From NCBI GenBank assembly GCA_964016885.1, contig OZ024741.1, positions 146,754,001 to 146,818,000 of the forward strand: a stretch of 64,000 nucleotides of DNA, written 5' to 3'. The notes under the pieces are model-generated. The model did not search any database and was not told where the DNA came from. It saw nothing but the letters and a program-made list of their open reading frames with translations. A program made the position numbers and the translations under genes. This document shows, in pieces, positions 11,810-21,330 of this stretch (its first letter is position 1; every line of letters begins with the position of its first letter). This DNA is from Eledone cirrhosa (Eukaryota).

Positions 11810-14797
11810 ATGCTTGAACGTAAGGAGGTCGATGTTTGTTGTATTCAAGAGACCAGGTGGAGGGGTGGGTCTGCTAGATTCATTGAGGGTAAAAAACGAT
11901 GTTATAAGCTTTTCTGGGTGGGAAACGACGATGGGCTGGGTGGAGTAGGAATCATGGTAGCAGAAAAGTGGGCAGATAAGATAATAGACGTAAATAGAGT
12001 GAACGACAGAATAATTAAAATAAGACTTGTCCTCAATAGAACTACGGTGACAGTAATATCTGCGTACGCACCCCAATCCGGACTGCCCGGCACTATAAAA
12101 GACAGATTCTATGAGACACTGTTGCTAACTACCTCCCAAATATCTGACAGTGACTATATAATTATTGCAGGCGACCTAAATGGTCACGTTGGACAACATT
12201 GTGACGGCTATGACGAAATCCATGGAGGCTATGGGTTTGGTACTAGAAATGAGGAAGGCTCCAGAATTCTGGAATACTGTGATGCAAATAACCTAACTAT
12301 CTGTAACACTAACTTCAAAAAACGTGACAATCACCTGATTACCTATAGATCCGGGGAACACACAAGCCAGGTAGATTATATCCTTACCAGAAGACGTGAC
12401 AGAGTGTCTGTTGTAAACACTAAATCCCTCCCCCATGAAGAATGCACCTCCCAACATAGACTGATAATTAGCGACCTCATAGTCAGGACGAGACGCACCC
12501 GACAGCAGAAGAGGACTATCCTCAGGAGGAAAATATGGAAACTAAAAGACCCCACAGCCAGAAATAAATTTCAAAGCATATTACTTGATGCTTTCGACAG
12601 TAAGGAAGAGCATCTAGAATCGGACAATATAGAGGGACAGTGGAAATTTCTGAAAGCTAACCTGCTGTTGGCGACAGACGAAGTCTGTGGCTGGAGCAGG
12701 CCTGTAGGCAGGAGGAGAGTAACATGGTGGTGGAACAGTAAGGTGGAGGGGTCAATTAAGGCCAAAAAGCAGGCTTGGAAAGTATGGCGGGATGGGGGAA
12801 GTAGAGTAGACTATCAAGTGGCCAGGAGGGAAGCTAGGAGAGAAGTGTACTTAGCAAGAAGGGAAGCTGAGGAAAGAAAGTTCAAGCATGTTCTACAACG
12901 CGATGACCAAAAACGTGAGGTGTTCAGGATTGCCAGGCAATGCGTCAAGGAAAACCGTGATATTGTCGGGGAGAAGTGTGTACTTAACGATGATGGCATA
13001 CTTGCCATCACCGACACTGATAAGAAGGTAGCTTGGAAGTGTCACTATGAAAGGCTACTAAATGAGGAGAATAAATGGGAGAAAGACAGTCTCCCCCATA
13101 TCGACCCGATAGAGGGACCAGCAGTGTTAGTCGAGGGGAGTATAATAAGTAAGGCAATCAAGGATATGAAGACTGGTAAGGCGGCTGGGCCTTCGGAAAT
13201 AGTTGCTGAGATGCTGAAGGCATCTGGCACGGTGGGACACACCATGGTCACCCGCATAGTTAACCAAGTCGTACAGAATGGGGTTGTTCCGAAGGACTGG
13301 CATAGCAGCATCATCGTTAACTGTTATAAGGGTAAAGGAGACGCCCTAGATAGGAGTAACTATAGAGGCATTAAATTAATCGACCAGGTCATGAAGGTCA
13401 CGGAAAAAGTAATAGCGCAACTAATCAGAGAGAGAATTGATCTAGATGAAATGCAGTTCGGGTTTGTGTCAGGCAAAAGCACCACAGACGCTCTTTTCAT
13501 AGTACGACAACTACAGGAGAAGTACCTAGCTAAAGGTAAACCCCTCTACTTAGCTTTTGTCGACCTGGAGAAAGCCTTCGACAGAGTCCCCCGCTCCATT
13601 ATCTGGTGGGCTCTTAGAAAACTAGGCGTTGACGAATGGCTTGTGAGGGCTATACAAGCCATGTATAAAGAAACAGTCAGCAAGGTTAGAATTAACAACG
13701 AATATAGTGAAGAGTTTAGCGTAAAAGTTGGCGTCCATCAGGGCTCTGTTCTCAGCCCCCTACTATTTATTATTGCCCTTCAGGCTATAACAGAGGAGTT
13801 CAAGACAGGCTGCCCATGGGAACTCCTATACGCAGACGACCTGACACTCATAGCGGAATCAATGGCCGAGCTAGAGAAGAAATTCCAAACATGGAAGCAC
13901 GGCCTAGAGTCAAAAGGACTTAAAATTAACCTGGCTAAGACCAAAGTTCTAGTTTGTAGGAAAGAAAACAAGGCGGCGGTCCCTTCTGGGAAATGGTCGT
14001 GCTCGGTATGTAGGAAAGGCGTAGGTAGAAACTCCATCTTATGTCCTAAATGCAAAGTATGGGTGCATAAAAGATGTAGTGGGATCACAGGTAAGCTAAC
14101 TAAGAACATAGACTTTACATGTGGCCGGTGTTCTGGTGCAATAAGTAGCAGCAAGTGCCCACAAAATACTAGCTCTTTCAATTGCGCAGAGGGTTTTATA
14201 GAAATAGTGGACAGCTTCCGTTACCTGGGCGATAAAATCAGCAGTGGGGGAGGGTGCTCTGAAAGTACTGTAGCTAGAGTCAGAACTGGTTGGAAAAAGT
14301 TCAGAGAGCTTATACCACTATTAGCTGCTAAAGGGTTCTCCCTAAAAATGAAAGGCAGGTTGTACGATGCCTGCATACGAACAGCAATGTTGCATGGTAG
14401 TGAGACCTGGGCATTGTGTGCAGAGGATATACGCAGACTAGAGAGGAACGAAGCTTGCATGCTCCGCTGGATGTGTAACAGTAATATACGTGAACGGCAA
14501 AGCATAAACGAACTAAGGAAAAAATTAGAGATAAGAGGGATCAGATGTTGTTTACTCGAGAGAAGGCTGCGTTGGTATGGACACGTGATGCGCATGAAAG
14601 TCGATAGCTGTATTACAAAGTGCAGGGCAATAAAGATAGACGGTAGCCACGGAATAGGCAGACCTAGAAAAACATGGGATGAGCTGATAAACTCCGACCT
14701 CACACACTTACACCTCTCCAAGACAATGTCACTGGACCGTGACCTTTGGCGGTACTCAGTAACAGAGAAGACCCGCCTTGCCAGTAGGCATCTCTAA
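11810..14797 (+). CDS. LINE ORF: APE endonuclease + reverse transcriptase with internal PHD finger (995 aa from first Met; frame open from 11696)
   Basis: EN motifs IQET, SAYAP, GDLN, VDY, SQH. RT motifs NYRGI, QFGF, FVDLEKAFD, GVHQGSVLSP, YADD, FRYLG. RTE-type C-terminus RRLRWYGHV...GRPRKTW. C4HC3 motif at 14000-14131. Confidence 0.95.
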   Translation: MLERKEVDVCCIQETRWRGGSARFIEGKKRCYKLFWVGNDDGLGGVGIMVAEKWADKIIDVNRVNDRIIKIRLVLNRTTVTVISAYAPQSGLPGTIKDRFYETLLLTTSQISDSDYIIIAGDLNGHVGQHCDGYDEIHGGYGFGTRNEEGSRILEYCDANNLTICNTNFKKRDNHLITYRSGEHTSQVDYILTRRRDRVSVVNTKSLPHEECTSQHRLIISDLIVRTRRTRQQKRTILRRKIWKLKDPTARNKFQSILLDAFDSKEEHLESDNIEGQWKFLKANLLLATDEVCGWSRPVGRRRVTWWWNSKVEGSIKAKKQAWKVWRDGGSRVDYQVARREARREVYLARREAEERKFKHVLQRDDQKREVFRIARQCVKENRDIVGEKCVLNDDGILAITDTDKKVAWKCHYERLLNEENKWEKDSLPHIDPIEGPAVLVEGSIISKAIKDMKTGKAAGPSEIVAEMLKASGTVGHTMVTRIVNQVVQNGVVPKDWHSSIIVNCYKGKGDALDRSNYRGIKLIDQVMKVTEKVIAQLIRERIDLDEMQFGFVSGKSTTDALFIVRQLQEKYLAKGKPLYLAFVDLEKAFDRVPRSIIWWALRKLGVDEWLVRAIQAMYKETVSKVRINNEYSEEFSVKVGVHQGSVLSPLLFIIALQAITEEFKTGCPWELLYADDLTLIAESMAELEKKFQTWKHGLESKGLKINLAKTKVLVCRKENKAAVPSGKWSCSVCRKGVGRNSILCPKCKVWVHKRCSGITGKLTKNIDFTCGRCSGAISSSKCPQNTSSFNCAEGFIEIVDSFRYLGDKISSGGGCSESTVARVRTGWKKFRELIPLLAAKGFSLKMKGRLYDACIRTAMLHGSETWALCAEDIRRLERNEACMLRWMCNSNIRERQSINELRKKLEIRGIRCCLLERRLRWYGHVMRMKVDSCITKCRAIKIDGSHGIGRPRKTWDELINSDLTHLHLSKTMSLDRDLWRYSVTEKTRLASRHL

Positions 14798-15524
14798 CAA
14801 AATACACCCCTCCCGCCGCCACCCCCACCCCATCCACACCACCCCGTTCTATGTAAAGTTATGTTGGTGCCGCGCCATCCAGGCCGAAACAAATGAGATC
14901 GTGTAGGTGTCACGACAAAAAAACACACAGTCCACGCTGTAATGTGGCCGTGTAGGCAACACGGTAAAAACCTCCCAGACCCACACTGTAAATGTGGTTG
15001 GTGTTAGGAAGGGCATCCAACTGTAGAAAACCTGCCAGACAGTCCTATGCGAGCAAGACAATCACTCTTGCCTCAAGTGGGACTACCCCCGTCCAAACCC
15101 ATGCAAGCGTGGAACACGGACGTTAAACGTTGATGATGATGATGATGTGTGTGTCTGTCTGTCTGTGTGTGTGTCTGTGTCTGTGTGTGTATGTATGTGT
15201 ATGACTGTGAGTATATATAGGTGTAGCTAAAGAATCCAGTCATGCACACTCATAAACACACACAAAACACACTTTAAAAATCCAGGCACACACACTCATA
15301 TATAAACATTGACACACAAACAAGTACGTAAAACATTCAGACTTGCATATGTACTGCCATCTATGATACACAAACCACACACAGAAGCAGCAATAATGCA
15401 CACACAAGAAATGCACACACAAGAAATGCACTTTATCAACTCACACATAACATATAACCTAGATAGCAGAAGATACTGTGACTGGAAAAAATTTATATTA
15501 TTGGCACTCTTCCTCTCGATTACT

Positions 15525-15720
15525 CCTATGCAATTCTACATACCAAGTTTTCCATTCCTGTTGGTCGACTTGTTATCCAACTACATCTTTTGTGTACCAA
15601 AGATTTACATTGTGTATATTGTATGGAGTTTATGCCTAATCCTTTTCTACATATTGAGCAAAGCCACTTCCCTGAGGGAATCAGGGTCCTTTCTTATTTC
15701 CTACTCACTTGCACTTCAGT
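15525..15720 (-). mobile_element. Degenerate RTE fragment (PHD-coding region)
   Basis: Similar to 17960-18110 (cagggt..., catattgagca, tgtgtacc, ttatgcc). Confidence 0.6.
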
Positions 15721-15835
15721 TTTGGATAAGTTCACTCTCAGACTTTTTGATTCCAAATTCAGTTTCCATAATCAGGACTTGTTTTCCATTTTTTTTTTGT
15801 TTCAGTAATATGGACCAAATCATCTGCATATATTC

Positions 15836-16632
15836 ATATAATCAAGGTTTAGCAAATAATGAAAAAGTTTCAAAATAAATTTTTAAAAATTAACTTTACT
15901 TACTATAGTTACCTTTACCGAATCGGTTTCGAATCTCAAAAATAAACGGAGACCATACGGCCTTCGTTGCAAAGAAAGATTCTCGTCAGAAGGTTCTTTT
16001 CATTCGAAGAATATAAAATTCTTGAATTTAAATTACGAACTAGCGCTATCCAAAACTGTTCCCGAGATAAGAGTAAATGAAGTGGAATCAATTTTTTCAA
16101 GGGCCGAAAGTAAAGATAGAGGCAGAGGGAGGTAGGTCAATCGGCTACCACTATCGCTAGCAGCAGTCGGAACGACCAAATTTTTTTTTTTTTTTTTTTC
16201 CCTCAACATAGAGGAGAAGAGTAATAATAGGATATGTGTTCCTAGATGCACAAGGCGCTAAGGGACACATGTATTGTCCAACCATATGCCAATGTGGTTC
16301 AATGGCAGGTTAATAAATTAACGAGCCAGAACATATATAATCAAGGTTTAGCAAATAATGAAAAAGTTTGCGTCTAGGAACACATATCATATTATTACTA
16401 TTCTCCTCTATGTTGAGGAGAAAAAAAAAAAAAAAAATTTGGTCGTTCCGACTGCTGCTAGCGATAGTGGTAGCCGATTGACCTACCTCCCTCTGCCTCT
16501 ATCTTTACTTTCGGCCCTTGAAAAAATTGATTCCACTTCATTTACTCTCATCTCGGGAACAGTTTTGGATAGCGCAAGTTCGTAATTTAAATTCAAGAAT
16601 TTTATATTCTTCGAATGAAAAGAACCTTCTGA
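15836..16632 (-). mobile_element. Penelope-like remnant with hammerhead and ~265 bp inverted duplication
   Basis: 15986-16250 is the reverse complement of 16369-16632. A 35-bp direct repeat lies at 15836-15870 and 16335-16369. Hammerhead at 15911-15994. Confidence 0.65.
15911..15994 (-). ncRNA. Type I hammerhead ribozyme (complete core)
   Basis: Minus strand reads ACCUU-CUGACGA-GAAUCU..(~40 nt)..AGAUUC-GAA-ACCG AUU CGGU-A^-AAGGU. Stem I 5 bp, stem II 6 bp, stem III 4 bp, cleavage triplet GUA. Confidence 0.85.
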
Positions 16633-16778
16633 TATATACATATATATACATATATATATATATACATATATACACTTTTATATACATATACATATATACA
16701 TATACATATATAGACATACACATATATACATACATACACATATATACACATATATATACACACACACATATATATATA

Positions 16779-17116
16779 CTAGCAGTGGTACCCGGCGTAT
16801 TTTGGAATGTGGGCCGCCAACAGACCTAATCGTGGAAAAACTGCATACCTGGACAATATGTAAAGAAAATAAACCGAATACTTTGATGGTTGGATAATCT
16901 TTAAGATTTTCCTCGGTGAAGCAGGAAAAATGCAGGTTTTCACCTAATGCGGGCCCTGGGGGATCAAGAAAATGAATTTTTTTTATGTGCATAATATGCC
17001 TTGAAATTTCGGGAAATGCCTCAAAAAAGCCCTATCCGGTTGGGTACTTCTTGAGTTTTACGGATTCAAACTCACACACACACACAGACAGACATCCTCA
17101 GTTTTATATATATAGA
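16779..17116 (-). mobile_element. Non-autonomous Helitron-like element
   Basis: Minus strand starts A|TCTATATATATAAAA and ends CTAG|T, with a (CA)/(CAGA) microsatellite near its 5' end. No TSD; the 3' hairpin is degenerate. Confidence 0.6.
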
Positions 17117-17137
17117 TATATGTACATATATATATAT

Positions 17138-17211
<74 letters not shown>

Positions 17212-17215
<4 letters not shown>

Positions 17216-18303
17216 TCATCATCATCATCATCATTTTACGTCCGCTTTTCCCTGCTTGCAAGGGTGGGACGGGTCTTATTCAGCACAGCATCTCTCCACT
17301 CGTCACGGTCCCTCGTCATCTCCGCCATGAGCTTCAATGATCTGAGGTCTGTTCTCACCACCTCCGCCCATGTTTTTCGTGGTCTACCTCTACCACGTCT
17401 TCCTTCAACTGGCATTTCCTGGCACTTCTTCACCCATCGGTCATCCTCCATGCGCATCACATGTCCATACCACCTCAGTCTCCTCTCCCGTACACTACAT
17501 TCTATCCCTCTCAGACACAGTTTCTCTCTCAACACATTTATGCTGGGTCGTTCACGCACATTTACACTGCACATCCAACGGAGCATGCTTGCCTCATTTC
17601 TCTCCAGCCTTTGCATATCCTCTGCAGTTGCTGCCCATGTCTCACTACCATGCAGCATCGCGCTCCTCACACAGGCATCATACAACCGGCCTTTCGTACG
17701 CAGGGAGAAACCCTTCTTCGTCAACAGAGGAAGCAGCTCCCTAAACTTCTTCCAACCCGTCCTTATACTAGATACTATGGCCTCGGAACACCCTCCTCCC
17801 ATGCTAATCTGATCTCCTAGGTACCGGAAGCTATCCACCACTTCTATAGCGCCCTCTCGCATTTGAAAAATGTGTCTATCAGTGCGACTTCTACTGTCTA
17901 ATTTCCCTGTACATCTACTGCATACATATTTCTCCCTACCTGTTAGTTTGCCTGCTATCCCGCTACATCTCTTGTGTACCCAGGACCTGCATTGTGTGCA
18001 TTTTATAGAATTTATGCCAGTTCCTTTTCTGCATATCGAACATGGCCATTTCCCTGACGGAATCAGGGTTTTGTCCTCTTTTCTACTCATCAACACTTTT
18101 GTCTTAGCTAGATTTACTCTCAGTCCTCTTGCTTCCAACTGCTGTTTCCATAGCCGGAATTTATTCTCTAGCTCCTCTACTGATTCTGCTATAAGAGCCA
18201 GATCGTCAGCATAGAGAAGTTCCCATGGACAGCCAGTCTTAAACTCCTCTGTTATGGCTTGGAGGACTATAATGAACAAGAGCGGGCTGAGGACCGAACC
18301 CTG
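17212..18303 (-). mobile_element. 5'-truncated RTE LINE (subfamily B); intact 347-aa RT/PHD C-terminal frame and essentially no 3'UTR
   Basis: ORF 17236..18279 with YADD, C4HC3 and RRLRWYGHV. The ORF runs through the terminal stem-loop to the (GAT)n tail. (TA)n on both flanks. Confidence 0.92.
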
Positions 18304-18399
18304 TATATATATATATATATATATATGTATCTATATATATATATGTACACACATATATATATATGTATACACATATATATACAAATATATATATACATA

Positions 18400-18548
18400 C
18401 ATCATCATCATCATCATCACCATTTTACGTCCATTGTTCCACGCTAGCATGGGTTAGACGTGTTGTCCTGTTATGGGCAGTGTCCAGTCGGCTGAGCTTG
18501 TCTTGCTCATACGGGAACTGATTCTGGCTTGATTTCTACAGCTGGATC
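18400..18548 (-). mobile_element. 3' end of a subfamily C RTE, split from its body at 21331-23075
   Basis: Matches the reverse complement of 61967-62100 and continues at 21331 (ggatgcacttcct). Confidence 0.85.
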
Positions 18549-21330
18549 ATCATAATCATCATCATCATTGTTTAACGTCCATTTTCCATGCTAGCATGGG
18601 TTTGGACAGGAATTTTCCCACTTGAGGCAAGATTGGTTGTCTTGCTCATATAGGACTGTCTGGCGGGTTTTCTACGGCTGGATGCCCTTCCTAACACCAA
18701 CCACGTTTACAGTGTGGACTGGGAGGTTTTTACCGTGTTACCTACACGGCCACATTAGAGCGTGGACTGTGTGTTTTTTTGTCGTGACACTTACACAACC
18801 TCCTTTTTTTAGGACTGGATGTTGTGGTACCAACATAACTTTACATCGAAAGAGGTGGTGTGGATGGGGTAGGGGTAGTGGGACGGGCTGTATTTTTGTT
18901 AGAGGTGCCTACTGACTGTAGGTTTCGCTTTTTACTTAGGCAATGCAGGTCTTCTGTATTACTGTGTAGCGCCAAAGATTTCGGTCCAGTGACATTGTCT
19001 TGGAGAGGTGTAAGTGTGTGAGGTCAGAATTTATCAAGTCGTCCCAAGTTTTTCTGGGTCTACCTACTCTGTGGCTACCATCTATTTTGATCGCCCTGCA
19101 CTTTTTTATGCTGCTGTTTTCTTTCATGCACATCACATGACCATACTAACGTAGTCTTCTCTCGAGTAAACAGCATCTGATCCCTCTTATTCCTAATTTC
19201 TCACTTAGTTCCTTTATGCTTTGCCGTTCACGTATATTAGTATTACACATCCAACGGAACATGCAAGCTTTGTTCCTCTCCAGTCTGTGTATATCCTCTG
19301 CACACAATGCCCAAGTCTCACTGCCATGTAACATTGCTGTTCGTATGCAGGCATCATACAACCTACCTTTCATTTTTAGAGAGAAACCTTTAGCGGCCAA
19401 TAGTGGTATAAGCTCTCTGAACTTTTTCCATCCCGTTCTGACTCTAGCTACTGTACTTTCAGAGCACCATCCTCCACTGCTGATTTTGTCACCCAGGTAA
19501 CGGAAGGTGTCCACTATTTCTATAGAACCATCTGTGCAATGGAATGAGCTAGTATTCCCTGGGCACTAGCTGCTACTTAGTGCACCTGAGCACCGCCCAC
19601 ATATAAAATCTATATTCTTAGTTAGCTTACCTGTGATCACACTATAACTTTTATGCACCCATACTTTGCATTTGGGATATAAAATGGAGTTTCTGCCTAC
19701 TCCTTTCCTACACACTGAGCATGGCCATTTCCCAGATGGGATCAGTGCCCTATTTTCCTTCCTACACACTAGAACTTTAGTCTTAGACAGGTTAATTTTA
19801 AGGCCTTTTGATTCTAGGCCATGCTTCCATGTTTCGAATTTCTTCTCTAGTTCAGCCATTGATTCAGCTATGAGTGTTAGATCATCTGCGTATAGGAGTT
19901 CCCATGGGCAGCCAGTCTTGAACTCCTCTGTTATAGCCTGAAAGGCAATAATAAATAGGCGGGGGCTAAGAATGGAGCCCTGATGAACACCAACTTTTAC
20001 GCTAAACTCTTCACTATATTCGTTGTTAATTCTAACCTTGCTGACTGTTTCTTTATACATGGCTTGTATAGCTCTCACAAGCCATTCATCAACACCTAGT
20101 TTTCTAAGAGCCCACCAGAAAATGGGGCGTGGGACTCTGTCAAAGGCTTTCTCCAAGTCAACAAAAGCTAAGTATAGGGGTTTACTTTTAGCTAGGTACT
20201 TCTCCTGTAGTTGTCGTACAATTAAAAGAGCGTCTGTGGCACTCTTACCTGACACAAACCCAAACTGCATTTCATCTAGATCAATTCGCTCTCTGACTAG
20301 TTGCGCTATTACTTTTTCTGTGACCTTCATGACCTGGTCAATTAATTTAATGCCTCTATAGTTTCCCCTATCTAGGGCATCTCCTTTACCCTTGTAGAAG
20401 TTAATGATGATGCTGCTACACCAGTCCTTTGGTATGACCCCATTATGTATGACTTGGTTTACTATCCAGGTGACCATAGTGTGTCCCACCGTTACAGATG
20501 CTTTCAGCATTTCAACAACTATTTCCAAAGGTCCAGCTGCCTTGCCCGTCTTCATATCTTTGATTGCCTTACTTATTATACTACCTTCAACTCGCACTGC
20601 TAGTCCCTCTATTGGATTGATGTGGAGGAGACTGTCTTTTTCCCATTTATTCTCCTCATTTAGTAGCCTTTCATAGTGACACTTTCAAGCTACCTTCTTA
20701 TCAGCATCAGTGATGGCAAGTACACCGTTATCATTACGGACACATTTCTCCCCGACAATATCACGGTTTTCCTTGACACATTGCCTAGCAATCCTGAACA
20801 CCTCACGTTTTTGGTCCTCGCGTTGTAGAACATGCTTGAACTTTCTTTCCTCTGCTTCCCTTCTTGCGAAGTACACTTGTCTCCTACTTGTCTCCTAGCT
20901 TCCCTCCTGGCCACTTGATAGTCTTCTCTACTTCCCCCATCCCGCCATATTTTCCAAGCCTGCTTTTTGGCCTTGATTGACTCCTCCACCTTACTGTTCC
21001 ACCACCAAGTTACTCTCCTCCTGCCTATAGGTCTGCTCCAGCCACAGATTTATCTGTCGCCTTCAGCAGGTTAGCTTTCAGGAATTCCCACTGTTCCTCT
21101 ATATTGTACGACTCTAATTGCTCTTCCTTACTGTCAAAAGCATCAAGTAATATGCTTTTAAATTTATTACTGGCTGTTGGGTCCTTTAGCTTCCATATTT
21201 TTCTCCTGAGGATAGTCCTCCTCTGTTGTCGAGTATGTCTCGTCCTGACTATGAGGTCACTATGAGTCTATGTTGGGAAGTGCATTCTTCATGGGGGAGG
21301 GATTTAGTGTTTACAACAGACACTCTGTCG
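18549..21330 (-). mobile_element. 5'-truncated, mutated subfamily A RTE nested in a subfamily C copy
   Basis: Broken ORFs 18936-20989 closely resemble the 995-aa protein and the 3'UTR is similar. 5' truncation maps to ~12398 of the intact copy. Confidence 0.92.

Larger units (their letters stand above)
11550..15147 (+). mobile_element. Apparently full-length RTE-clade non-LTR retrotransposon (subfamily A); 5' boundary uncertain
   Basis: Single long EN+RT ORF, ~330 bp 3'UTR, terminal stem-loop (15090-15122) and (GAT)n tail (15131-15147). No TSD identified. Confidence 0.9.
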
